Of a stretch of 64,000 nucleotides of DNA, positions 1-12,226 are shown piece after piece (position 1 is the first letter of the stretch; each line of letters opens with the position of its first letter). Under the pieces are notes generated by a model that did not search any database, was not told the DNA's origin, and was given only the letters and a program-made list of their open reading frames with translations. A program made the translations under genes and the position numbers. The stretch spans positions 28,829,360-28,893,359 of the forward strand of contig NC_043019.1 of the NCBI RefSeq assembly GCF_006345805.1. Reading direction: 5' to 3'. Origin of the DNA: Octopus sinensis. Lineage: Eukaryota.

Positions 1-255
1 TCATCCTCCATTAGTTGATGATTGATGTTTTAGTGAACTTTCATTTTCTAGGAATCTGTAACAGTGTTCTCTGCAATACTGTGTAAACAGGATATAGATA
101 TGGTCATGTAACTAAGTTCACTTTTCAGTTGTGTGGTTCTATCTCACTGTGTGACACACTCTGTGTAAATATCTACCCAGGGCCTTGAGTCAGTCACTCC
201 AAGTCGAGTGAGTGAAATTAGGTGGATGTAAACTGCATGGAAGCCAGTGAGGTGG

Positions 256-299
<44 letters not shown>

Positions 300-818
300 G
301 CTGTTTGTACATTTTCCTAAAATGCAATTTTGTGAGCATTTCCCCCCTCCCCCCAATCAGCATTAAGTCCACTGTTGTTGGGACCATCTCTGGTGTAGAA
401 ATAACTTATGTGATTACTTCCCTTCTTTTATCATTTCTCACATCAAAGATTTGATTTACACTTTTTTTTTGTTTTTGTAACAGAGTTGATGTATTAACAA
501 ATAATTTGTAGCAGAGCATTGACTTATTTTCTTTCAGTTGTAGTTAAAGTTATAGATTTTTACCCACGTACAATAATACTGTGAGTAAAGACCTATAAAT
601 TTTTTTTCTATTTTGGGAGTGGTTGGGGTTATAATCGATTATATTATCCAAAGCAAAGTAAACCATGGCAATTCAGTCATCCAAAGTGTGTGTGTGTGTG
701 GTGATTTTATATTCTAAATATTCTACTGCTGATTGCATTAGCTTGAGCAGTCGTATAGCTCAACAGTTCCCAACCTTGTATAATTCTGATAGGGTTGCAA
801 GGACAAAATTGTTTACTA

Positions 819-1586
819 CAGGAGTGGCTGTGTGGTAAGTAGCTTGCTTACCAACCACATGGTTCTGGGTTCAGTCCCACTGCGTGGCATCTTGGGCAAG
901 TGTCTTCTGCTATAGCCCCGGGCCGACCAATACCTTGTGAGTGGATTTGGTAGACGGAAACTGAAAGAAGCCTGTCGTATATATATATGTATGTATATAT
1001 ATATATATATATATAGTTATCCGTAATAATGAAGGGTGAAATTAATTAATTTGGAATAATTATCAATTACACCAAGTAGTCTTCGGCATGTAAAAGCCTC
1101 ATTTGAGGAAAATTTAAGTAATACTAAGCAATAAGGGTTCAGCAACGAATTGCCTTACCACATACCGAATTTAGAAATAGCAGTCAAAGGGTTATAGCTA
1201 TTTCTTCTACTAAAAAGGGAGATCTCAGTAAAAACAGCATTGCTGTTTTTACTGAGATCTCCCTTTTTAGTAGAAGAAATAGCTATAACCCTTTGACTGC
1301 TATTTCTAAATTCGGTATGTGGTAAGGCAATTCGTTGCTGAACCCTTATTGCTTAGTATTACTTATATATATATATATATAATGTGTGTATGTGTTTGTC
1401 CCCCTAGCATTGCTTGACAACCGATGATGGTGTGTTTATGTCCCCGTTACTTAGCGGTTCGGCAAAAGAGACCGATAGAATAAGTACTGGGCTTACAAAA
1501 GAATAAGTCCCGGGGTCGAGTTGCTCGATTAAAGGCGGTGCTGCAGCATGGCCACAGTCAAATGACTGAAACAAGTAAAAGAGTAA
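819..1586 (+). mobile_element. tRNA-derived SINE family A, interrupted by the 1016-1365 insert
   Basis: Head GGAGTGGCTGTGTGGTAAG...GGTTCAGTCCC, internal (TA)n, tail AATGACTGAAACAAGTAAAAG; colinear with the 31235 copy. Confidence 0.85.
1016..1365. mobile_element. Insert with perfect 251-bp palindrome inside the (TA)n tract of a SINE
   Basis: 1115-1239 is the exact reverse complement of 1241-1365 (1-nt loop at 1240); 99-nt unpaired extension on the left. Confidence 0.75.
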
Positions 1587-1977
1587 TTGGTAAAATGTTG
1601 AATGCTATACAAGTATTAGGCATGACACATTAGCTGAGGAATATTTTTTTCTCAAGAAAAGTATTAAATGTTACATTTTCTGAAAATTATTTACTATAAA
1701 AATCGGGGGCAGATATTGATTTTTCAAATTGGGTTGTAGTGAGTTGAGAACACTAGTGTAGAGGGTTCCTTGTCAGTGCAGAGCATCTATGATATTAGTA
1801 ACATGTATTGTTTTACTGGTAATTAGTTATATATGGAGAAGTATGTTAATAATTAAAACTTTGTTACTGTTATAGATATTTAGTTATTGGTTTAGACAAT
1901 GTTGTTTATCCTTATGTAGGCCATGATTGAGCAGACCTATGATCAGAGGCATTTCTGCTGTAGTCATTCTAGGGATA

Positions 1978-2225
1978 TCATCATCATCATTTAGCATCCG
2001 CTTTCCATGCTAGCATGGGTTGGACGGGTCAACTGGGGTCTGTGAAGCTGGGAGGCTTCGTCAGGCCCAGTCAGATCTGGCAGTGTTTCTACGGCTGGAT
2101 GCCCTTCCTAACGCCAACCACTCCGCGAGTGTAGTGGGTGTTTTTTACGTGCCACCTGCACAGGTGCCAGACAGAGCTGGCGAACGGCCACGAACGGATG
2201 GTGTTTTTACGTGTCACCGGCACGG
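1978..2225 (-). mobile_element. SINE family B ((GAT)n tail, GTTAGGAAGGGCATCCAGC core)
   Basis: CATCATCAT...TTCCATGCTAGCATGGGTTGG...GGATGCCCTTCCTAACGCCAACC. Confidence 0.8.
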
Positions 2226-3399
2226 GATATATACACACATATATACATCTAAGTATTTTCTAAGGTATCCTTTAAGATAACAAGTGTTATTGAGGGAAAT
2301 TTGGCTGCTATTTCTAGCAAGTTCACTGATTGCATGGAGCAGTCATGGACAACCTGCAGTCTGTTGGACTTTCTAAATGGCACACCTAACAAAATATATC
2401 CTTGAATTTTTAGTGATGCAGCCCACCTGTGGCCCCTCCTTGAAAAATGTTGTCTACACTAATATTGTACACTTGATTGTAAGGATGAAGTGGATTTCAT
2501 CAATTCAATATTTGTCTATTGTCTTTTTGTTTGTTATGAAAGTATGTCACCTTGAGCAAGTACCTTCTCTCATAGTTTTGGGTTGACCAAATACCTTGGG
2601 ACTGTTATGCAGTTGACAGTGTGTGTGTGGAAGCTCTAAACATCGATGAAAAAACTGATGTTTGAATAAGAATATTCTGTGGGTGTTTGCACAGAAAATC
2701 CGAACCCAAATCACAGGTTTCATCACTTAACGTCTGTTGTCCATGTTGGCATGGGTTGGATGGTTTGACCAGAGCTGAAATGCTGCACGAGACTCCAGTC
2801 TGATTCGTCATGGTTTTCTGTGTCTTGTTGTCCTTCCTAATGCCAATCACTTTACTACAGAGTGTAATAGGTGTTTTTACATGCCACCGGCACAGGTGTC
2901 ATTTATGTGACACCAGTATCTGTCTTGACTGCGATTTTACTTGACTTGATGGGTCTTCTTCTCAAGCACAACTTAATGCTAAAAGTCTTGGTCATTCGTC
3001 ATTGCCTCCATGAGGCCCAACACTAGAAAGGTGCTTTTTTTTTGTGCCACCGACATGCATGCCAGTTAAGTGACACCAGCATCAGCCACGACTACAATTT
3101 CACGTGGCTTAGAATGTGTCTATAAAGTAGGCATATAAAATACATTTCAAAGCTGAGCAAGATTTCTATTAAGTTTTTCAGCAGAAAATGTAAATTGAAT
3201 CCTGTCTTTTAAAACACTGTATTAGTAATTGTCTTTAAAAATATACTCTTCTTACTGGTTTCAGTCATTGGACTATGGCCATGCTGAGCAACATACTTTG
3301 AGTGTTGTGCAGCCCCTTGGCTCACCAGCCCTGGTCAAACCATCCAACTACATCTATCCAGCTGAGATTGAACCTAAAACCATACTGGTATACATACTT

Positions 3400-3771
3400 A
3401 CTTGTACTTGTGGCAACATTCACTCTGGGTGGGTTGAGTCGGCTTCTTCTACTCATGGAAGAAGTTTCGTGGGAATATGTGGATTTCACAAGCGGTCCCC
3501 AACAATCACGCTTGTGGAGACATCCTGTTTGCCGCAGATTGTCCCCAGACGCAGGGACAGAATGACCGAGGAGCCGCTGGTTGCCGAAGCAGTCACTCCA
3601 AGGATTTTCACCAGAGCCCCGTCTGCCGGGTTGTGGCCTTAATACCACTCAGTGTCAGACCAATCCGCCTTGGGTGGCCCTACCAGGAACCGAAGTTCCC
3701 GACGGCATAGCTCTGACACTACCTGTTGCCAGCGTCCCCACCACGGTGAGGAGGGGATGGACTTTGGGGTA
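3400..3771 (-). mobile_element. 5' UTR/ORF-start fragment of an RTE-clade LINE
   Basis: GC-rich island; minus strand GAGCTATGCCGTCGGG-hairpin-CCTGGTAGGGCCACCCAAGGCGGATTGGTC resembles RTE 5' UTR motifs (recalled, not searched). Confidence 0.6.
3657..3771 (-). ncRNA. Degenerate HDV-like ribozyme at the RTE 5' end
   Basis: P1 CCCCA/TGGGG(AC), P2 AGTCCA/TGGTCT, P3 CCCC/GTGG, L3 TCCTCACC, P4 CTGG/CCAAG, J4/2 GCGGA, in HDV order. Confidence 0.5.
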
Positions 3772-4219
3772 TACATACACTAAACTATAATACAATGTTG
3801 TGTTTTTTCTTTTCTTTTAAATAAAATAAAATATGAAAGATTTATTCAAGTGAAATATTAGCTACAAATAGTGAAATAGGAAATGGAAAGTATTTTCCAT
3901 TAATGTTTTGGGAAAAAAACCCCAGCCATTGTTGAATAGTTACAACCAATCTGTCATTGAGTTTCTCAAATTGTTTCCAGTTTGATCTTCAATATTTCTT
4001 GCATCAAATATGTTTAATACTAACTTCTTAACTATAGTGAACTAATTATTTTTAGTTTCATCTTTGCATTAGAGATGTTTAATACTAAACTATACCTAAG
4101 TTTACCTGGCAAATGCTTGCTATCAGTGACACATTTCATTTATCCTGCTTTGAACAATTTCACAGAGAAAATTACTATTTGTAAATCTCTCAACAAGAGA
4201 TATTCAGCAACAGTACTCT

Positions 4220-4383
4220 AGAGTAAAGATTATTTGCTGGTTTAGGACGAATGTTGCTGTAATTTAGCTATACGACAGATTGTGTCATAACCAGCTAGAG
4301 ACAATGTCTCCTGGGGCTAAATCACAGCAACGTTCGTCCTAAACCAGCGCTGCAGTGTTATGTTGGCAAATAATCTTTACTCT
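4220..4383. mobile_element. Hairpin MITE-like element
   Basis: Outer IR AGAGTAAAGATTATTTGC/GCAAATAATCTTTACTCT plus an inner IR of about 33 bp (GCTGGTTTAGGACGAATGTTGCTG...). Confidence 0.7.
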
Positions 4384-5124
4384 TATTTCACAGAGGTTTT
4401 CATTTTACCCAGTCAAGGTGATGAGGTGGCAGAATCGTTAGCATGCTGGGTAAAATGCTTGGCTCTCATGTTCTGAGTTAAAATTCTTTTGGGGTTGATG
4501 TAATCAGCTAGTACCCTCCCCCAAAATTTCAGTACTTGTGCCTCTTGTAGTTATCTCTAATAGTTATGTTCCTGGTGTTGGTCTTGAAAACTTGGTGATA
4601 TTTATGGCATTGTGTTGATTGCTCTATTCATGTCAGTTTCTTCCGCTTCAGTTCTAGTATCACTGTGTCATTAGAAATACTTCTGTTGTTTAAAGTAAAA
4701 TTGAAACGCGTTTCCTTCAGTATTTTTCAATGTCTTTAAATTCGTATTGTCAGAATTAGTTTTATGATCCATGAGTAATTTTTAAAAAAATGTCTGGTGA
4801 CCAAAAAAAAAAAAGGATATTAATAATAATGGATATTTATTAAAGTTGTTGGCCAATAGTTTTTAGTAAATTGTAAAATGCTTTTTGAATATGTTTTCAT
4901 AACATTTTACACACACACGCATGCACATATAAGGAAGTTTACAGTGAAGATGTTTTGTGACTGGCTGTCAGCACGGATTGATAACTAATCATCATTGTGA
5001 AATGATATTCTGGTTGTCATGAGACTTGTAATTAGAGCTTAGGAGATAAAATTCTATCCAGCCACTGTGTATCAAACTAACAAAAGATATACCTGAATGA
5101 CTGTCCCACATTCCGGGCATTTAA

Positions 5125-5605
5125 CTCGAGCGTGATCGTTACCTGCGTTGCCTTACTGGCACTTGTGCTGGTGGCACATGAAAAAACATTTGAGTGAGGT
5201 CGTTGCCAGTGCTGCTGGACTGGCTCCTGTGCAGGTGGCACATAAAAAGCACCATTCGAGCGTGATCGTTACCTGCGTTGCCTTTCTGGAACTTGTGCTG
5301 GTGGCACATGAAAAAACATTCGAGCAAGGTCGTTGCCAGTGCCACTGGACTGGCTCCTGTGCAGGTGGCACATAAAAAGCACCATTTGAGCGTAGCCGTT
5401 GCCAGTACTGCCTGACTAGTCCTCATGTCGGTGGCATGTAAAAGCACCCACTACACTCTCTGAGTTGGCGTTAGGAAGGGCATCCAGCTGTAGAAGCTCT
5501 GCCAGATCAGATTGGAGTCTGGTACAGCCATCTGGTTCGCCAGACTTCAGTTAAATCATCCACCCCATGCTAGCATGGAAAGCAGATGTTAAACGAAGAT
5601 GATGA
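5125..5605 (+). mobile_element. SINE family B with internal tandem repeats
   Basis: About 2.5 copies of a 110-bp (2 x 55) unit, then core and GATGATG tail. Confidence 0.82.
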
Positions 5606-5898
5606 ATTAAGAGCCTTGCATTATCACTTCTCTGCTAGAAACAGCAACCGAATCTCCCTCAAATTACACCCTATCATCTTTTTTTTTTAAAAAAAGAGTG
5701 AAGAGATAGAACACATTGTCTTTGATCATAAGGTGTGTCAGACCAGGACTGACTGGCTGGTTTCATTTAATTTACAACACTTGATTGTTACCGTTAAGAA
5801 GTTTGCTTTATGTTTGCATGGTTTTGAGTTTGGTTCCACTGTACACTTTGGTCAAGTGTTTTCTATCATAGCCATCGTTGAGACATTGCATCCTTTAA

Positions 5899-6118
5899 CC
5901 CTTTAGCATTCAGATTTCTCTGTCAAATGTAAAGCCTGTTTAATCACATTGTTTTAAATTAATTGTACAGCATCTTGAAACTCTGAGATTTTGATGATGT
6001 CCCTGTTTATTTTTAGAATGACTTTGTAGGGTAGGTGTAAGAGGTCACAGCTGGCTGGTTTCAGCATATAACAAGAAGACAATTTTGGCCTGGTATGGCC
6101 GGTTTAAACACTAAAGGG
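5899..6118. mobile_element. piggyBac-like MITE, family 1
   Basis: TTAA-CCCTTTAGCATT...ACACTAAAGGG-TTAA. Confidence 0.85.
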
Positions 6119-8754
6119 TTAAAACCTCCATGCTTCTTGAAATTTGCCAACACTACACCTGATATCCTCCCCCTCTATTATGCATGCACACTTGTATATC
6201 ACGACTCATGCACTGTTCACTTTCCTGACATTTGTATATAATTCTATGTACTATAAATGCATCTTTGATAAATTGTAGTACACATGAGCGCTATACATAA
6301 TAATTTGATTATCAAAGGAAATATAGAAGTCAATTGGAGGAGCCTTTTTTTTTTCTTTTTTCAATCTGCTATCCAGTTTAACATCACCACCTGGTCCTTG
6401 GGGTCATTTAAGTGGGAGTCACTCTATTCCAGTCAGATGCTTATACTTTTTTTTTTTCCTATCTGACATCAAGACTTAAAAAGATTATGGGTGTGGCACT
6501 TCCTCTTTTGACTAAATACTTAAAAAAAAAAAATCAATGATTAAAGGTATTTTCTCTCTCCTTTTTTTTATGTAATGTATTTAGGAACGAATCCTTCCCT
6601 CTAAGATATGGGTGTGATATAATTGATATAAAGGCTGCTGTTTTCGCAGGTTGAGGAACTTAAGAGTTGTTGTTACCTTGAAGTTGACCTTGATTTAAAA
6701 CAGACCTATGATCAAAAAGCATTTCAGCTGTAACATATTGCTTTTATTTCATAACTACTATACACGTAGGACTCCATTATTCAGTGTGTTGTTTGTAAAG
6801 GTTTTTAGGTGTGATATGAGGGAGATATAGTTGTCACTAGTTACAGAAGGAATGTCATCCATGGATTATGTAAACCATGGCTATATGTTGACTATTTCAG
6901 GCAGTTCATTGTTAAAAATGAGATGAGAAACAGACTTTACTTTTCACATGATGATATGTGGAATAGAAAAAAACCTGATTGCATTAATTTCATTGGGAAA
7001 CTTCATAGGCAATCTGACTGAAAGATTTACCAAGATGATAATGCTTAAATGAAACAGTATTATCTAAGGAAACTAGAGAGTGTTTGTTTTAGACAAGTAG
7101 AAATGGTTACAAAGTGGAAAAAAAATATGTTACTGTGAAGAGGAAAAGTATTGTATGGCAAGCCTCTCAATTTGAGACAAATGAATTGTCCACATGCTCT
7201 CTCTCTCTCTCTCTCTGACACACGTGTGGGTACTACTGGAAATTTTAGATTTTTTTTCTTCTTCACAGCAAGCTAATTATGGTGCGTGAAATACATAGAA
7301 ATACTTTGTGATTTGTTTGTTCTTACTATTTGCCAACATGGATCGTCTCTGATATCTTCTGCTTCCATTGCTTCACTTGCAATAATTTAGAATGCCACCA
7401 GGAAGGTCTTAATGCTTTGACCAAGACCTGTTATTGATGGGGATACCTCACACTGACACCATCTTTCGTGTCACGTTTGTCAATATTTACTTGTGAAAGA
7501 GGATTGATCTTGTCTTTTTCTTGCTGTCTTATTTGTAGTTTTCTCTCTAATAGATTTCAGGAATGGAGTTTGTTAGAAAGACTGTAGTTTAGGAAGTAAA
7601 AGAAATTTTTTGTTTCTTTTGATAATAATGAAATGTGTTGTTGATAGCAGTTTTGGTTAATATTAAAATGTAAACTGTTAGTCTATTATAAATACTAATT
7701 GTAACTGTTGATTTGTTTTCAGTTGAATATCCTGACTTACATATTTTACTAAACTGTTAATTTTGAACCATATTTTGATAAACAATTTTTTTTAAAGAAT
7801 CTGTATGATTTCCCTCCACTATTAGTTACAGTTTGTGAAGTATATCTGAACAGTTGGATTTTTAAAATTTGATTTTAGTACTGCACATCAGACCTGATAA
7901 TTTCGTTGATAAAAATATGAATATTCCTTTTAAATGTGAGGTTTTGTTCCTACTTATGTTGGAAATGTTTCCTATTCCATTGCAGCTGTTGACTGTCATT
8001 AATTGTTGAGTTATCAAGGATCCTGCTCCATCTTGGTTTTCAAATTGTAAGAAATAATGATACTGAGGGGAAAAAATATGCAATAGATATATTTTCTTCC
8101 TACCACTAGAATGCTTACTTGATTGGGTGTGATTGGGTAGTTTTGAGTCGTACAAATATTGTAGACAAAAAGACTTATATTTCTATGTTCGGAAATGTAG
8201 AAAGGATTAAAGGGTTAATGTAGGCTAAAAATTAGTCACCCTATGTAAATGGCTTCTAGCAAACATTCAGTGTTGTAATGGAATGGTATGAGCAAGGTAT
8301 AATGCAGGAAACAATATAACTGTACAAGGCCAATGTCTGAAAAGGGAAGTGTGTGTCTAATAAGATGTTGGGAAACCCGTTTGCTTATGTCCTCCTTAGC
8401 ATGTGTAAGGGTGGACATGGGCAAAGCGACCAAATCTGTTTGCTAACTCAACTAACTTGATGGGGTTTAATGACCTTAGTTGAAGAAAGAATGAGCTGTG
8501 TGCTTGTTGGGAAATGTTGAAGAAATAAATGCTTTGTTGCTTCCTAGTCAGTGATGCTCCTTATATTGGGAGTTGGGATGGCTGCTTATGGTGGCCTGAC
8601 TCTGAGCTGCTGAAGTACACTTGCTTCACTGTTGTGTTGCTCTCAATAAACAGGAGTGATAAGCAGAGGCTTTTTCAACTAGGATGGAGGAAAAGCTTTA
8701 AACTAATCACTAAATAGGATAGTGATGGTTGTTGTGAGGTTTACCTAAAACATA

Positions 8755-8915
8755 TAAAGGATCGATGGGCCATGCTTTCATGGTCCGTATTCGTACTGAA
8801 AATCGAGATCGAGCGAGCTTTTGCCCTTTTGCTCGGCATGGTTTCCGTCCACACTGAGCTCGCTTTGGGACGCCGGCATTACCGTTTGACAGATGTACCG
8901 CCCCAGTCAATCTCC
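8755..8915 (-). pseudogene. 28S rRNA fragment (about 160 bp) in a ZFAND intron
   Basis: Minus strand contains the conserved LSU blocks GACTGGGGCGGTACATCTGTCAAACGGTAA and GGGCAAAAGCTCGCTCGATCTCGATTTTCAGTACGAATAC; no other rDNA flanks it. Confidence 0.92.
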
Positions 8916-9553
8916 TGATGAATTAATACAAAATCTAATCATAGTTTTGAGAAAAGAATTTATCAGACATATTGGTATCCTTAGTGTGGAAATATGCAAT
9001 GTAGATGTAATTTTCTAATTACCACAAGGATGCTTGTTGTGGACAAAACAGATATTTAGTTTTATGTTTGTATGATGTTTTTTTTTTTTAGCCCACAGCC
9101 ACATTTTCTGTTCCTATGAATGACATTTTGGGAAATTAGGCTTTGTCAACTTGAGGTTCTTATGGAAGAATTTTCAATGAGCACAGGTTTAAAGTAAGAA
9201 AAGGAAAGGTTGTGTAAGACCTTCTCAGGAAGAAAATGTTTGCATACACTTGTGTTTAGTGCCAAATAAATCAAGGTTATTCATCCTGGATAATACAAAA
9301 GTGCATAATGCAATGGCAATCCAGCTGTTTACTTTTCCGTTTGAAATTTAATTACAAAGTCCATTCCTTGGCAGTGTAAATCAATTTTCCTCTTTCCTGT
9401 AAAATGTGCAACCAAACTTCTATGTTCATAGTTTGTTACAAATTGAAATATGCACTTGTGCAGATGGTGATACAGTGACCTTGAAACATACGACCCCATG
9501 ATGTTAGTCACAAACGTTAACATTTGCCTTAGTTGTCCCCTTAATATTTTTAA

Positions 9554-9774
9554 CCCTTTAGCATTCAGATTATTCTGTCAATTGTAATGCTTATTAATGC
9601 ATATTGTTTTGAATTAAACATGCATTTTCATGTAGCTTCAAGATTTCGATGATGCGATTGTTCATTTGTAAGAATGACATTATAGGGTCTGTGTGATAGG
9701 CTGCATCTGGCCAATTTGAACATAAAACAAGTAGAACATTTCAGCCGGATATGGCCGGTTTAAATGCTAAAGGG
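9554..9774. mobile_element. piggyBac-like MITE, family 1
   Basis: TTAA-CCCTTTAGCATT...AATGCTAAAGGG-TTAA; ends 48 nt before the ZFAND exon at 9823. Confidence 0.88.
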
Positions 9775-9822
9775 TTAAAGAATTATTTGCCTCATTTAAC
9801 ATCTTTTGTCTTTACATTGCAG

Positions 9823-9984
9823 GACCATCAAGTCAAGAAATCTCATCAACACCTAGTATAGTTGAAGGTGCAACTGGTGTTGATACATCAGTTATCCCTA
9901 GTATAAAAACTGCCACACCTACCGTACCTGTCCCTAATTCCAATCAGGAAAAAGATATAGATAAAAATGAAGGAGCAGCTGTAG
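9823..9984 (+). CDS. ZFAND5: AN1-type zinc finger protein (ZFAND5/6-like), internal linker exon
   Basis: ttgcAG acceptor 9821-22, GTAAG donor 9985; 162 nt, phase 1/1; encodes GPSSQEISSTPSIVEGATGVDTS...DKNEGAAVG, in frame with the AN1 exons. ZFAND5 vs ZFAND6 cannot be distinguished. Confidence 0.85.
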
Positions 9985-10109
9985 GTAAGTGTTCACCATT
10001 TCATAATTAATTTTTGTCTTGTAGCTTTTAATTGATGTTAATCATTTTCTACTTGCTTTTTTTTTTTTTTGGTCATTTTCTACTTTTATTTTTGTATTTA
10101 TTCATAAAG

Positions 10110-10196
10110 GTGGTGAGGACCCTCAATCATCAGAAGCAAATAAGAAACCTAAAAAAAATCGTTGCCATACTTGCAAAAAGAAGGTTGGATTAACAG
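10110..10196 (+). CDS. ZFAND5: ZFAND5/6-like, exon with first half of AN1 finger
   Basis: taaAG acceptor, GTATG donor 10197; 87 nt, phase 1/1; GEDPQSSEANKKPKKNRCHTCKKKVGLTG matches the KKNRCxxCxKKVGLTG motif. Confidence 0.95.
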
Positions 10197-11238
10197 GTAT
10201 GTTAATTTAATCTGTAGGCCATACAATTCCATCTTTAGTTCTGATGAGGAAATGAAGAAAAATCTATGCTTTAAAGTGTTTATATTTTAAATAAAAACAT
10301 TCCAGTTGTTAGTTGCTTTTGCTAGACCTCTCCCAAATCTTTTGAGTTGCCCCAGGGTCAACTTTGAATCAATCTGTGGCAGGGGGTCAGCCAAATGATT
10401 TGGTTGAATCCAGAGAACTGTTTCCCCCAGATACTTCAAGCCCCTACTTAGTCGAGAACCTTGTTGCATATTACCACATTGTGGACATGTATTCTTTCTA
10501 CTGTCCACTGTTTCTGTAAACCTATTATTTATGCCTGTCCCCATAGGTCTGATTGAGTAGCTCATTGATAATGTTCCAACCATGACCACAACCCCACTAT
10601 TATTCTGGTGTAATGTATATTGTCCTACGTAATGATGTCTGTTACATTCATTTGACAAAAACATTGTTAGCCAGTACATTGTTAGTAAATTCAGTGGAAA
10701 TTTTTATCCTCAAATTTCATTGATGACATATTTACGCTAAGAATGAAAATTTAGAATAACATTTTGTGATGTGCTTACTATGTAAAGGAAAAACCTGACA
10801 TAACTGGCTTGATACTGAAACTTCCTGGTGAAGAAGATTCAGGTAGCATGTTTACCTTGATGTAATTACTTGCAGCATGTTCATTGTAAACCTTACATAA
10901 TGCAATGTGTCCTTTGTCTTTGGAGGTAGTGATTTGATTTGAGAAAGATTTTGCTGCTACTTTTAGTCATTTGTGGTCACATATAGACACTCTGGTGGTA
11001 GCTATCAAGGTGGACTTAGATCACAACAGTTGCTCTTCCTCTGTTTGTCCAGGGTTTCGCAAATAAATGCCTTCACAGCTAGCATTCAACTTCGCCAGTT
11101 CTTAGATTCTGCTAAATAACCAACCCAATTTAACAAAGGGATGCTGTGTTTCAGAAATTGATCTTAGAAAGAGATCTATGTGCCCTTGCATTCAATGTAA
11201 TCTCAATTTGAATTTTTATTGGACGATATGTTCATAGG

Positions 11239-11622
11239 TGTAGGCATAGCTGTGTGGTAAGAAGTTTTCTTCCCAGCTACATGGTCTTGGGTTCAGTTTC
11301 ACTGTGTGGGCCTTGGACAAATATCTATTACAGCCCTCAGTCAACCAAGGCTTTATGAGCGGATTTTGTAGGCAGAAACTGAAAGAAGCCCATCATACAT
11401 GTGTGTTACTGTGTCCTTTCCTTGACTTCATGTGATAGTTGTAAGTGAATGCCACCATCATGCAAGCAGTGTCCTTCATTTCCTGTCTTTTTTGAAAACA
11501 TGTCTGATCATGGGGGGAAATATTACCTTACTTGGAAACAAGAGGGTTGGTAGAAAATCTGCCTCAACAAATTCTGACTCGTGCAAGCATGGAGATGTAG
11601 ACATTAAATGATTATGATGATG
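11239..11622 (+). mobile_element. SINE with family A head and a different tail ending in (GAT)n
   Basis: Head as family A; tail ...AAAATCTGCCTCAACAAATTCTG...GCAAGCATGGA; inverted copies near 21075-21385 and 61605-61985. Confidence 0.7.
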
Positions 11623-12057
11623 GGTATTATATTCAGAAACCAGGGTCTGAGAACAACTCTGCTTTTATACACTTCAGTGATGTGGGAACCTCTCTGTATA
11701 ATGGCACAGGCTTCTTCAAAGCACATTCCCTAGTCTTGAAATAGAAAGGAAAGTTTTGATAGTGGGTGTAGGGAGAAAAAGGGTGTGATCATTGTTGGAA
11801 AGTTTTTAATCATAGGTTTGCTCGATCAGGACCGAGCAACAACAATAATTGAAGATATGGCTGACAGCCATCTTGATTGCCTCTCACAATGACTAATTAC
11901 CAGTCTAGATGTGTACAGTGTTGCTTGATGGAATATGTAGACTGACTTTGAATTAGAGCTGATTAGTGACTCAGGTCAGTTAGAAAAATCAGCTAAACGT
12001 ATGAGGCAAATACTAATGAAGGTACAGAAGTTAGAATTTGAATTTGAGAATGTTTGA

Positions 12058-12226
12058 ACCATTTTTGCATTCAGATTACTCTGTCAAATGTTTATTTATT
12101 CACATTGTCTTTCAGTGTAATCATGCATTAGCTTGTAGCTTCTTACAAGTTGTCATGGATGTGATGGTTTAGTTTTAGAATGACATTGTAGGAAAGGTGT
12201 GAGGCTGGACTTGGCTAGTTTGAACA
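12058..12226. mobile_element. piggyBac-like MITE, family 1, truncated by a SINE
   Basis: Internal sequence matches the 5899 and 9554 copies; right end replaced by a family B SINE. Confidence 0.65.

Noticed and set aside
1070-1112. Hammerhead in the 1016 insert
   Set aside because: The core deviates at essential positions (CAAATGA, GAAG) and stems I/III cannot be formed.
7330-8440. Protein-like stretches suggesting an LTR/LINE relic
   Set aside because: Frames are interrupted and I could not identify any diagnostic RT, RNase H or integrase motif.
1-9822. A20 zinc-finger/start exon of the ZFAND gene
   Set aside because: No CxxxCGFYG...CSxC-coding exon found by eye; probably upstream of the window.
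10287-10679. 130-aa minus-strand ORF in a ZFAND intron
   Set aside because: No recognisable domain or splice context; possibly a TE relic. A tBLASTx/HMM search is needed.
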